Source: a virus
Taxonomy: Duplodnaviria; Caudoviricetes
Length of the DNA stretch: 47,923 nt
Strand: one strand, 5' to 3'
Virus record (IMG/VR): IMGVR_UViG_3300008255_000176
Location: 1 to 47,923 of that record
Shown: piece after piece, positions 1 to 8,470 of the stretch
How positions within the stretch are numbered: position 1 is the first letter of the stretch
Layout: the number at the start of each line of letters is the position of its first letter
Notes under the pieces: model-generated
The model's database searches: none
What the model was told of the DNA's origin: nothing
The model's input: the letters and a program-made list of their open reading frames with translations, nothing else
Translations under genes and position numbers: made by a program

Positions 1-162
1 CGATTCCTTCTCAGCTTCGGCAGCAGCCTTCTTGGCTTCGCGTTCAGCTTGCTTGGCAGCTTTCGCTTCAGCAGCGGCAGCAGCCTTGGCTTCCTTCTCG
101 GCTTGTTTCTGGGCCTTGGCAGCAGCTTCGGCGTCGAGTTGTTCCTGGGTCTTCTCGGACAT
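1..162 (-). CDS. 5' part of an Ala/Lys/Glu-rich protein (MSEKTQEQLDAEAAAKAQKQAEKEAKAAA...), runs off the window start
   Basis: Hand translation from ATG at 162; GAAGGA RBS and sigma70-like promoter upstream; 54 open codons to the edge; probably continues in 47729..47923. Confidence 0.8.
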   Translation of the reverse strand, partial: MSEKTQEQLDAEAAAKAQKQAEKEAKAAAAAEAKAAKQAEREAKKAAAEAEKES

Positions 163-215
163 GATGATTCCTTCAAAAGGTGGTTTAAGAAAAACGTCTG
201 CGGGACGTGCTTCGC

Positions 216-244
216 AGTTTATAAAATGGAACGCACGAACGCAA
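216..244 (-). promoter_or_regulatory. sigma70-like promoter TTGCGT-17-TAAACT
   Basis: Consensus-like hexamers with 17-nt spacer upstream of ATG 162. Confidence 0.55.
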
Positions 245-250
245 CTGCTG

Positions 251-826
251 TCAATTGTTCAGTCGGAGTTTCTGCCACTCACCAAGTGCAGTCGAACTCG
301 TAGTCTTCTTGATGCCGTAATTGGCTTCCAGTTCTGCCATGATGGTCTTACGCAACTGAAGCACGGCGGAGGTGTCTTTTGGGGAACCAGCTTCGTTCCA
401 CATGCGGTCAGCGACCTCAAAGATGGTGACCCTGTTACCGGAACGCGGTGCGCTCGGTATTTTGGCCGGTGCTACCGTATTGACGACAGGCCGATCGCGG
501 CCTGTGCCGGCCTGCACGGGCTCGGTTTCTTCGTTAAACAGCGTGACGGTGTGCTTTGTCAGTGCTTTACCGGACGCCAGCAGGTAATACAGATATGAAA
601 TGATGCTGTCACGGTAGTCGCTGATCGGTCCCTGGATGTTTCCAGCGTTGCGATACATCAGCTTGACTTCCAAGTGCGTCACCTTCAGCCTGTCCAGAGT
701 CTTGCGAAACGGCGTCTGACTGTCCGTCATTTCCAGGACGATGAACTTGTCCTCAGTGTGGTCATCTTTAGGCTTGTTGAAAGCCCCCTCGAGTTGGAGG
801 GTGTCGCGGTTGAATACGAAATACAT
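251..826 (-). CDS. Hypothetical protein with C-terminal putative helical DNA-binding domain (paralogue family)
   Basis: Start MYFVF at 826 with GGAG RBS; C-terminus resembles those of 992..1597 and 47729..47923. Confidence 0.75.
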   Translation of the reverse strand: MYFVFNRDTLQLEGAFNKPKDDHTEDKFIVLEMTDSQTPFRKTLDRLKVTHLEVKLMYRNAGNIQGPISDYRDSIISYLYYLLASGKALTKHTVTLFNEETEPVQAGTGRDRPVVNTVAPAKIPSAPRSGNRVTIFEVADRMWNEAGSPKDTSAVLQLRKTIMAELEANYGIKKTTSSTALGEWQKLRLNN

Positions 827-827
827 C

Positions 828-995
828 TTATCGACTCCTATAGACCCACACGTTGTCAGCGCAGCGATACACATCGCGCTCCGGTATCCACATCCGAGTG
901 GCAGGCTTTCCAGGCTCGGTGTGATGGTACTCGCAGTCCCGGGGCTTGCTGCAACCACACAGCGCAAGCAAGCCCGCAAGAATTAGAGTTCTCAT
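828..995 (-). CDS. Small lipoprotein (55 aa)
   Basis: MRTLILAGLLALCGC signal/lipobox; ATGA overlap with upstream stop; its stop abuts the next start. Confidence 0.7.
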   Translation of the reverse strand: MRTLILAGLLALCGCSKPRDCEYHHTEPGKPATRMWIPERDVYRCADNVWVYRSR

Positions 996-1597
996 TTTGC
1001 TGCACGACCCTTGATGCCCATGAACTTGCGCCATGCGTAGAACTCGCAAGACACGTTCGTCCGGTTCCAACCGTTCTCGTCAGCAAGGGCCTGGAGCTCA
1101 CCAGCTTTGATTTCGGGGTTCTTGTCGAACTCAGCCCAGACGTTACCGCACACAGTACCTTCAGACGGACGCTTCACACCGTTGCGCTCTTCGCGTTCCT
1201 TCTGGATGGTGTAACCCTTACGCGAGACGCGGGGAACAACAGGAGCGGCAGGCTTGTCGCTGCGGGTGCGGGGTTCGCCTTTAGCTTTGGGGGCTTTTGC
1301 TTCGACCCTTTTACCATCAACCACGCGGGTGACCGGACCGCTATGCACTGGAGCTGCGACGGGAGATAACCCAAGAATCTGAGCGAAGGACATGCCGTTC
1401 GACGTCGGGCGGACTTCTTCCTCCGCTTCGACTTCCGCAGCAACTTCTTCAGACTTGGCGTAGTGAGCAACCAGTGCAGAACGCATCCCGTCATTGTTCA
1501 GCTTGCTGTAAGAGACGCCAGCTTCGCGGCAGGCAGCGCGGAGTTCTTCCTTGCCCATTGCGTCAAACTTGGAAGCGGTGTTGGTGTTTGCAGTCAT
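992..1597 (-). CDS. Putative DNA-binding protein: N-terminal SAP/HeH-like helix pair, C-terminal paralogue domain
   Basis: FDAMGKEELRAACREAGV N-terminal pattern; C-terminal RPSEGTVCGNVW...WRKFMG; strong AAGGAG RBS. Confidence 0.75.
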   Translation of the reverse strand: MTANTNTASKFDAMGKEELRAACREAGVSYSKLNNDGMRSALVAHYAKSEEVAAEVEAEEEVRPTSNGMSFAQILGLSPVAAPVHSGPVTRVVDGKRVEAKAPKAKGEPRTRSDKPAAPVVPRVSRKGYTIQKEREERNGVKRPSEGTVCGNVWAEFDKNPEIKAGELQALADENGWNRTNVSCEFYAWRKFMGIKGRAAK

Positions 1598-1652
1598 TTC
1601 GTTCTCCTTACGGTGGTTAAGATGTTTGCACTTGCGTTAGTGCATGGGTCGT

Positions 1653-1681
1653 AATGTAAGAGAGAATAATCGATCGCGCAA
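1653..1681 (-). promoter_or_regulatory. sigma70-like promoter TTGCGC-17-TACATT with AT-rich UP element
   Basis: Hexamers, 17-nt spacer and upstream A/T tract. Confidence 0.6.
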
Positions 1682-1714
1682 GCCCTTTGACAAAAATAAT
1701 TAGTTTGATGGAAA

Positions 1715-3421
1715 TTAGAAGGGGATGTCGTCATCCATGTCCGCATAGCTAGGCGCGACCCTTGCTGCCCGTGCCGCGGTGTCCGTCGTGGGCGGTGCGC
1801 CTGCTTCCTGCTGCCCGAATGCTGTACCGTCGAAGCAGTGTGACAAGATTTCGGGGTACTGCTTATTGACCCAGATGCGGAGGTGTGTTGCTGCTGTAAG
1901 CGTGTCCGTCTGCACCAGTGCAGCTTCTGTGCTTTCCGGGAACGGTGCGCTGCTGCGCTCGCGCCACCATTGGCGGGCCTTGCGCTGTGCGAACCCGTCG
2001 TGCTGGATGCAGACGTACTCGCTGAACGAACGGAGCCCGCAATAGTAAGTCACTTTCATCATAATGGGGCGACCCGCTTTTTCGTGAGTGCTGTAGGTGA
2101 TGTGATCCACCTTGAACACTTCCACCAGTGGCGCGTCACCGCGTAAGAGTTCGTCACTTGCCGCGGTCTGCTTCAGCTTTACTTGGAAACTGAATTCCGC
2201 TCCGCAGTAGCAGCAGTGAGTCACGCTGGCGTGATTGTATGTCGCACAGCTTCCGCACAGCTTGACAGGTGCTTCGCCACCAGCCTTGGCACCCTTCTTG
2301 CGAGGGATCACAGGGTCGTTGATGGGCCCGAGCCGGCGGGTGTTACCTGCAAAGTCCAGGACGAGGCAGTTCTCTTTCTTGTACTCAGCACACTCGAAGG
2401 GGCGCGTTCCACGGCCCAGCATCTGCACCCATAACACCGTCGAAGCAGTTGGGCGCAGAACAACGATGCAGTCGATGCCCGGAAAGTCGAACCCTGTGGT
2501 CAGCACGTTGTTATTCACTGCGGCCCGGTACTTGCCGGACTTGAAATCTAGAATCGCTTGGTCGCGCTGTGCATCGCCCATCTTGCTGTGGATGGCCACA
2601 GTTGGAATGCCCATGTCGTTCAGCATGTCGGCAATGTTGCAAGCGTGCTCAACACCTGAAGCAAAGATCAACCAGTGGCGTCGATCGTGTGCAAGCTCCA
2701 GCGTCTCGCGGAGCGCAGCTTGTGTGATCTCGTACTTATCAACCGCGTGCTGGAGCTCAGATGCAATGAGTTCCCCGCCTCGCATATGAACCCCGTCAAT
2801 GTCGAGCATCATCTTAGTCTGGCGGGGGATCAGCGGTGCAAGGTAGCCCTCAGCGATCAGACGGTTGAACGCCTGCATCCCTGTAATGTCGAAGCACACG
2901 TCTGTGAAGATACCGTCCTCAGTGATGCGACCAGTACCAAGGCGCCAAGGGGTTGCAGTGAAGCCAATGACACGCAGATTCGGATTCACTTCCTTGAGTG
3001 CTGCCAGGAACAACTGGTAGAGCGTCTCGTCGTTGGGGCTCACCAGATGCGCTTCGTCAATAAACACGAGGTCAATGTGGCCGAACAGAGCTGCTTTCTT
3101 TGCAACCGATCCGATCCCTGCAAAGGTGATGCGACGGTTCGATTCCTTGCGGTTAAGACCTGCGCTATACACACCAGCGGGCGCAGCAGGCCACAGCGTC
3201 ATCAGCTTGTCATAGTTCTGCTGAATGAGCTCTTTGACGTGCGTAAGAACCATCACGCGCTGGCTGGGCCAGTAGTGATACACCATCTGCAGAATCATAG
3301 CAATCACGACGGACTTACCTGTGCCCGTCGGCATAGCGATCACAGGGTTCCCGCTATTCGTTTGGAAGTAGTTGGGAACGCTGTGGGCCGCTTCAATCTG
3401 GTAGGAGCGGGGCTGCAACAT
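1715..3421 (-). CDS. Superfamily 2 DNA helicase (RadD/YejH-like) with Zn finger
   Basis: PRSYQ Q-motif, PTGTGKS Walker A, DEAH, TATP, QMLGRGTR, CxxC...CxxC; start at 3421 via TGATG overlap. Confidence 0.93.
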   Translation of the reverse strand: MLQPRSYQIEAAHSVPNYFQTNSGNPVIAMPTGTGKSVVIAMILQMVYHYWPSQRVMVLTHVKELIQQNYDKLMTLWPAAPAGVYSAGLNRKESNRRITFAGIGSVAKKAALFGHIDLVFIDEAHLVSPNDETLYQLFLAALKEVNPNLRVIGFTATPWRLGTGRITEDGIFTDVCFDITGMQAFNRLIAEGYLAPLIPRQTKMMLDIDGVHMRGGELIASELQHAVDKYEITQAALRETLELAHDRRHWLIFASGVEHACNIADMLNDMGIPTVAIHSKMGDAQRDQAILDFKSGKYRAAVNNNVLTTGFDFPGIDCIVVLRPTASTVLWVQMLGRGTRPFECAEYKKENCLVLDFAGNTRRLGPINDPVIPRKKGAKAGGEAPVKLCGSCATYNHASVTHCCYCGAEFSFQVKLKQTAASDELLRGDAPLVEVFKVDHITYSTHEKAGRPIMMKVTYYCGLRSFSEYVCIQHDGFAQRKARQWWRERSSAPFPESTEAALVQTDTLTAATHLRIWVNKQYPEILSHCFDGTAFGQQEAGAPPTTDTAARAARVAPSYADMDDDIPF

Positions 3422-4317
3422 CAGAACACCTCGTAGGCGGAGCAACCAGTCAATTGAAGTTCTTTCGGAATGCTGACGTCGTCCTTGTTGCAGTGCCAAG
3501 TTCCGTCCTCGCGTGCTTCAGCATAACGACACGTCCGGCAGTTGCGAGCGGGCGCAGCCTTGAGGTGACAGACAGGCTTGTGGTCACACCAGCTACACGC
3601 GAACCAGCCCGGTGACTCACTCAGCTTTGCAGGGGCTTCGCGCATAAGAATGATCTGTCTTGCACGATCACTGAACTGGTCTGCCGTTGCTGTATCGAGG
3701 GTTACAATCTCGAACCAGAAGTCGTCGTCGTTCTTATTCACTGCACCGTACAGCGCGACAGGCAAGCCCATCTTTCGCATATACGTCTGCATCTGGACAT
3801 AATGCTCAAACTTGGCGCCGCGAACACCTTCCTTGAGCAGCTTCTTGAAAGAGCTGTCATTGTGTGTCTTGAACTCGAGCAGGCAAGGGGTGCCAGCAGG
3901 AAGATCCGGAATGCCGATAGCCACACCATCGCCCGAGCCTCCAAAGTGACCGCCTACGTCGCTGATGCGGAATTGCTTGCCGTTCTCGTCTTGCTGGTAG
4001 ATCTGCACACCTATCGTCAGCAATGCAGCAATGAACCGACCTTCCTCAAGGTGCCCGCGGTTGAACAGGCGCAGGATGCGTCCTTTGAACTTGGGAACGG
4101 TTGTCCAGTGGAAGCCGTACCAGATGGCGCGACCACATTCCCCGCCAATGACCGATGCGCCAAGGTGCGTGCGGAACGGCTCGTCGTGCCCGCGGTATGC
4201 GTCACCAATGTGCGGGAGCACGCGCTGGAGGTGCTGCCTGTACGCTGCACCCTGATCCGCTGCAATGGCGTCATCGATCGCTTTGAGCGTCTTAACTGCC
4301 TTCTGAACTGTTCTCAT
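3421..4317 (-). CDS. Cas4-like / PD-(D/E)XK exonuclease
   Basis: GDG...LLEFKT nuclease motif, YVQMQTYM, Cys cluster (ECGR; CSWCDHKPVC). Confidence 0.85.
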   Translation of the reverse strand: MRTVQKAVKTLKAIDDAIAADQGAAYRQHLQRVLPHIGDAYRGHDEPFRTHLGASVIGGECGRAIWYGFHWTTVPKFKGRILRLFNRGHLEEGRFIAALLTIGVQIYQQDENGKQFRISDVGGHFGGSGDGVAIGIPDLPAGTPCLLEFKTHNDSSFKKLLKEGVRGAKFEHYVQMQTYMRKMGLPVALYGAVNKNDDDFWFEIVTLDTATADQFSDRARQIILMREAPAKLSESPGWFACSWCDHKPVCHLKAAPARNCRTCRYAEAREDGTWHCNKDDVSIPKELQLTGCSAYEVF

Positions 4318-4723
4318 CTTCAACCCTTTCAACGTGGATACCAGCACGGCGCAGGAACTCGATCCCGTCCTCGTTGCGATACACGTCACGATAGAATACT
4401 TCTTTGACCCTTGCACCCTGCAACCGTTTGGCGCATTCGATGCAAGGCGCGGTCGTAACAAACACACTGGCGCCAACGCTGCTCAACGTGCTTCGAATAA
4501 TCTTGTCCAGCGCGTTCTGCTCTGCGTGTATTACTTCTGGCAGTGTAGCGGAACCGTCCGGAACTTCACAACGGTTATCCCATCCGCTGGGCGTCCCATT
4601 GTAGCCAGGAACGACGATGTCATCAATCACAATGACGCATCCGACCTGACGTCGCTGTGCATATGAAAGTCCCGCGTAGGCTTGCGCGACTTTCATATGA
4701 ACCCTTTTGAACTTGTCTTTCAT
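4292..4723 (-). CDS. dcd: dCMP deaminase
   Basis: VGCVIV, GYNG, HAEQNA and PCIEC zinc-deaminase motifs. Confidence 0.9.
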   Translation of the reverse strand: MKDKFKRVHMKVAQAYAGLSYAQRRQVGCVIVIDDIVVPGYNGTPSGWDNRCEVPDGSATLPEVIHAEQNALDKIIRSTLSSVGASVFVTTAPCIECAKRLQGARVKEVFYRDVYRNEDGIEFLRRAGIHVERVEDENSSEGS

Positions 4724-4908
4724 GGCAGCTTGTGCTTATCGCGGCAGCGAGCGCACACACCATTGACCAGTCGCCCGCTGAACTCGCCACACAGGTCGCA
4801 GTCGCCGGGCCTCCCTGCTGGAATCGCAGCGGCTTTTCTTCTCACTTCATCAATCGCAGCGCCGTCAATGATTTCCATCTTTGGGCCGCTGATATCTGCG
4901 TCGTCCAT
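4720..4908 (-). CDS. TraR/DksA-like C4 zinc-finger protein
   Basis: N-terminal DDAD acidic motif, then CDLC...CARC; 62 aa. Confidence 0.65.
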   Translation of the reverse strand: MDDADISGPKMEIIDGAAIDEVRRKAAAIPAGRPGDCDLCGEFSGRLVNGVCARCRDKHKLP

Positions 4909-4923
4909 CCCTCACCTCAAATT

Positions 4924-4952
4924 AAAAGGGCGCACCCTTTCGAGTGCGCCCG
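4924..4952 (-). terminator. Rho-independent terminator after SSB gene
   Basis: GGGCGCACTC-GAAA-GGGTGCGCCC followed by TTTT on minus strand. Confidence 0.8.
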
Positions 4953-4963
4953 TTGCGTTGCGA

Positions 4964-5755
4964 TTACTGCTGCGGTTGAGCCCACGGAGGGGTCGCGCCC
5001 GGAGCTGCCGGTGCTGCTGCCTGCTGCATCCAGGGCGGGGTGGCGCCGGGCTGCTGCGGGGCTGCTGCGGGAGCGGGTTGCGCTGCCGGGGCTTGCGGTT
5101 GCGGTGCGAACTGCGGAGCCGGAGCGGCTGCGGGTTGCTGCGGAGCAGGCTGGGCCCACGGTTGCTGTGCGGCGGGCGGTTGCCATGCGGGTGCAGCCGG
5201 GGCAGGGGCCGCAGCAGGCGGCGCAAACTGCGGGGCCGGTGCTACGGGGGCGGCTGCGGGTTGCGGGGCCCACGCCGGCTGCTGCGGTGCTGCGGGAGCA
5301 GTTGCCCAAGGAGCGCCAGCAGGAGCGGCACCAGCAACAGGGCCATCAACTTGTTCGTTGATGTTCTTGTAGGAGGTGATATCGTTGCTGGCTTCGTAGT
5401 CGCCTTGAGCTGCCTTGACCTTGACTTTGACCTTCAGCGGCCGACCGTGGAGCTGCTGGCTGTTCTGTACCTGCATGATGCCCACAGCATGGCAAATCGC
5501 GCTCAGTTGCTTGTACGCGATTTCCTGTGCAACCGGATTGGCGTTCTTGAGGTTCAGTCCGGTGAAGACCTTGCGGTTCGCGTACTGACCGTCGAGGATG
5601 GTGAAGCGCAGCGACAGACGCAGACCGCCTTCGGTCTTGGTCGGCTTCATTTCCGACTCGTCGATCATCACGTTATACCAGCCCGCCGGGACGGGATCTC
5701 CGCCACCAGTATCGGGGGCGACTTGCGAGGCATCAAAGTTGAGTATGGCACCCAT
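4964..5755 (-). CDS. ssDNA-binding protein (DUF669-like) with long Pro/Ala/Gln tail
   Basis: PVPAGWYNVMI...LRFTILDGQYANRKVF pattern; next to Sak4-like ATPase; start MGAILNF with GGAG RBS. Confidence 0.8.
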   Translation of the reverse strand: MGAILNFDASQVAPDTGGGDPVPAGWYNVMIDESEMKPTKTEGGLRLSLRFTILDGQYANRKVFTGLNLKNANPVAQEIAYKQLSAICHAVGIMQVQNSQQLHGRPLKVKVKVKAAQGDYEASNDITSYKNINEQVDGPVAGAAPAGAPWATAPAAPQQPAWAPQPAAAPVAPAPQFAPPAAAPAPAAPAWQPPAAQQPWAQPAPQQPAAAPAPQFAPQPQAPAAQPAPAAAPQQPGATPPWMQQAAAPAAPGATPPWAQPQQ

Positions 5756-5756
5756 G

Positions 5757-6254
5757 TTATTTCTCCAAAGAAGTTGAATGATGAATCCGTTTGTTTTGGG
5801 CCTGTTCTGTTGCCGTTGCCCAGCGGCAATTGCTTCGCTCGTAGTTACCGAACGGATCAATTCTGTCAATGCTTAGTCCCTCAGGAACTTCGCCCATGTC
5901 CTTCAAAAAGTTTTCGAACTTATGCCAATCCTCACATACCCGCACCCCTTTCGCGCCATAGTCTTCATAATCCTCGCACGCGGGGTTATAGCAGCGCCTT
6001 TTCATAGCACACCAACATTGATAAGTTCTACTGGGCTTCGCGCCAACTGTGTGCCCGTGCTTGAAGTTATTACCTTTCTTAAATCCACATCCACAGTGAA
6101 GGGCGCTCTTAAGATGCTCGGTTTGCTTGGTACAGACATTTCCGCATTCGCACAGACACACCCATGTCGTTCTATTCCCGTAAATTCGAGGGCCAGGTTC
6201 AACACAAGTGAGCATTCCGAATTTTTGACCTGTAAGATCGCGAGGGCTTTTCAT
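5757..6254 (-). CDS. HNH homing endonuclease
   Basis: DLTGQKFG..WVCLCECG, WCAMKRRC, SIDRID..GNYE..NCRWAT..EQ motifs; lower GC than neighbours. Confidence 0.88.
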   Translation of the reverse strand: MKSPRDLTGQKFGMLTCVEPGPRIYGNRTTWVCLCECGNVCTKQTEHLKSALHCGCGFKKGNNFKHGHTVGAKPSRTYQCWCAMKRRCYNPACEDYEDYGAKGVRVCEDWHKFENFLKDMGEVPEGLSIDRIDPFGNYERSNCRWATATEQAQNKRIHHSTSLEK

Positions 6255-6931
6255 CGTTGAAATACCTTGTTGAATATGTGAGTCAAGTCGGGTTTCTCTA
6301 CAGGGGCGAGCATTCCACTTCTGTCTTTTGCCTCATACTGCATGTCGGGCTGAGTTTGAAGGAAGCGGTAGGATTCCCCGTTGGGCAGCTTATTGACCCC
6401 GAGTCTCATTACAAAGTCAAAATAATAACACAATTTTTGCCCGAGCTTGCTACCGGGCATCGCTGGGCCGTACTTGACCACACCTGTCAGCTCGTCCTTG
6501 GTGGGCTCCATCTTGGCGCTCATATAGACGTTGCGTCCAGGAAGGTCGCGGAACATGCGGATCGTCGTTTCCATCTTCTCGATCAGCTCACCGTATGCTT
6601 GGCGCGGGTCTTTAACCTGCCGCTTTGCATTGTTGAGCACAACTTCAGCGATCTCGCTCAAGCTGTCGATGCAGATGGTCTGGAACTGCTTCGCTTCGTG
6701 GGACTGCTCGCACCAGGCATAGATGTCCTTGAGGTCTTCCACTGTGGTGACCTTTGCCATGGGCATCTGTACGTGACGCAAAGACAGCTCACCGCCTTCA
6801 GCGGAGATGAGGAACGGAGCTGGTGCAGTGCTCGCTAGAACGGTCTTACCCATCCCCGCGCCGCCATACACCAACACCTTCACGCCATTCAGCTGTGCAG
6901 CGCGGTCGGTAGTTGTGAAATTCAATGCCAT
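6251..6931 (-). CDS. Sak4-like AAA ATPase / recombinase
   Basis: GGAGMGKT Walker A, ICIDSLSE Walker B, AKDRSG motif; start MALNF with GGAG RBS. Confidence 0.85.
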   Translation of the reverse strand: MALNFTTTDRAAQLNGVKVLVYGGAGMGKTVLASTAPAPFLISAEGGELSLRHVQMPMAKVTTVEDLKDIYAWCEQSHEAKQFQTICIDSLSEIAEVVLNNAKRQVKDPRQAYGELIEKMETTIRMFRDLPGRNVYMSAKMEPTKDELTGVVKYGPAMPGSKLGQKLCYYFDFVMRLGVNKLPNGESYRFLQTQPDMQYEAKDRSGMLAPVEKPDLTHIFNKVFQR

Positions 6932-6970
6932 TGTGGCTCCTTGGTTGTCTCGTATTGCTACGGTGAAAGC

Positions 6971-6980
6971 ATTGTAGCAG
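6971..6980 (-). promoter_or_regulatory. Extended -10 promoter (TGcTACAAT)
   Basis: TGn-TACAAT 40 nt upstream of the ATPase start. Confidence 0.5.
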
Positions 6981-7001
6981 TGACGCGGGTTTGTGTATTG
7001 A

Positions 7002-7955
7002 TTACAAGTCCGTCTTGCTTCGAATGGACTGGAACGTCGGAAAGCGCGGTTTATCCTTGACGCCTTTGGGGAACATCTTCGCCTTGGCAATTTGCCCAAT
7101 CAACAGGCCGGGCTTTTTGAAGTACCGCACACGGTCATCATGTGTCATGCTGCCAGCTCCGATCTTAACGATAGAACCTTCAGCGAACAGAACTGCACCC
7201 TTCGAATCAAGGATGTCTTTGATGACACGACCCATCATTGCGCCGACCATACCATTGGGCACCATGTTCTCTTGATGCGTGGAACGGAACTGCAATCCAA
7301 GTTCATTGGTCTGCGCCTCGTTGGTGTTTGTGACACCCTCCAGGATCTCCGTCACCTCCACTTCAAAGTCAATGAACCGCTTTATTCGAAGTAGTCCGCC
7401 TTCCTTGATAGTGGAGCGCCCTTGCTTGTGCAGTCCTTGCGGGTCACGAATGATGGTGCCCTCGTAACCCATGTCCAACCACACAGCATCCGCCTCCAGC
7501 AGTTGCTCCAGTGTGGCGCACATCACCGACGGTATGAGTCGCAGGTGATGGGACAAGTCGTGCAGATGCGGGTCCGCTTGCAACTGCGCCACACGCGCTG
7601 CCATTGCCACAAGACGCTGCTCGTACGGCAGGTGAGCGGTCTCGGGCGTGACATAGTCAAAGACATGCCACATGAGCCACGGGGCGCCGTCGATGGTACT
7701 GAGTGCGGATGTGGTCAGCCTGCACAAGTCAGGGTGGCACTCGTGCTCCGCAGCCATTTCACCGTCGAAGCCCGCCAACGACGAGTGGCTGAAGTATCCA
7801 GTCACATGCCGGTTGGCGTGCTTCTTCAAGCTGCGCCCGGTTAGCGTTCCAGTCATGTTCAGCGCACGAACCCCGTCAATCTTGGGCTGTGCAATGACCG
7901 GAAAACGAATCTTGGATTCGTCGTAATCGGAAGCGAGCATCGGTTTGGATATCAT
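7002..7955 (-). CDS. lig: ATP-dependent DNA ligase
   Basis: KPMLA, PKIDGVR adenylation motif, FDGE, EGTIIR, LLRIK, PRFP; ATGA overlap with HNH stop and GGAGG RBS. Confidence 0.93.
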   Translation of the reverse strand: MISKPMLASDYDESKIRFPVIAQPKIDGVRALNMTGTLTGRSLKKHANRHVTGYFSHSSLAGFDGEMAAEHECHPDLCRLTTSALSTIDGAPWLMWHVFDYVTPETAHLPYEQRLVAMAARVAQLQADPHLHDLSHHLRLIPSVMCATLEQLLEADAVWLDMGYEGTIIRDPQGLHKQGRSTIKEGGLLRIKRFIDFEVEVTEILEGVTNTNEAQTNELGLQFRSTHQENMVPNGMVGAMMGRVIKDILDSKGAVLFAEGSIVKIGAGSMTHDDRVRYFKKPGLLIGQIAKAKMFPKGVKDKPRFPTFQSIRSKTDL

Positions 7956-8470
7956 TTCCATTCCTCCATCGTTTTCGTTCCTTTTGATAGATTGCAGCGA
8001 GGGCACAATAGTTGAACATTGTCGTCGGTATTTGTGCCGCCCCGTGAAAGAGGCATCACATGGTCAAGATGGGATTCATTCAACTCACTTCCGCACCCGT
8101 TACATAGACCGTTTTGAGCTTTATAAAGACGCTCACGAATGTCAGGGCTTAATGTCCCAACACTGTAGTCACGACGCTCTTGATTCTTTGTTGAAGCATA
8201 GTTCAATTTCTTGCGCCACTCTTCGGAGTTGTAATTCTCTTTGAGGTGGCGCAAGCTGTCCCAAGGTCGTTGAGCTCGGGAGCGAGCATCCAATTCTCTA
8301 GCGTGTTGCGGGTCATTTAACTGCCGAATGAACATATCGTCCGCGTGGCATTGCAGGCATCCACGGTGCGACACAGCACGTTCAGCAATGTGACCTCGGC
8401 CGCAAGGCTTGCCGGTGAAGTACCGTTTCAAACCTTGCTCTAGAGCTTCAGATCTCGCTACCAATTTCAC
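7952..8470 (-). CDS. HNH endonuclease
   Basis: CNGC...HLDHVMPLSRGG...NVQLLCPRCNLSK; N-terminal YFTGKPC..GH zinc module. Confidence 0.88.
   Translation of the reverse strand: MKLVARSEALEQGLKRYFTGKPCGRGHIAERAVSHRGCLQCHADDMFIRQLNDPQHARELDARSRAQRPWDSLRHLKENYNSEEWRKKLNYASTKNQERRDYSVGTLSPDIRERLYKAQNGLCNGCGSELNESHLDHVMPLSRGGTNTDDNVQLLCPRCNLSKGTKTMEEWK

Noticed and set aside
1690-1701. ACAAAAATAATT also found near 40099-40110
   Set aside because: Opposite orientation relative to the promoters and low complexity; most simply AT-rich UP elements
3421-4317. Cas4-like nuclease as evidence of a CRISPR system
   Set aside because: No repeat-spacer array or other cas genes seen; typical stand-alone phage exonuclease
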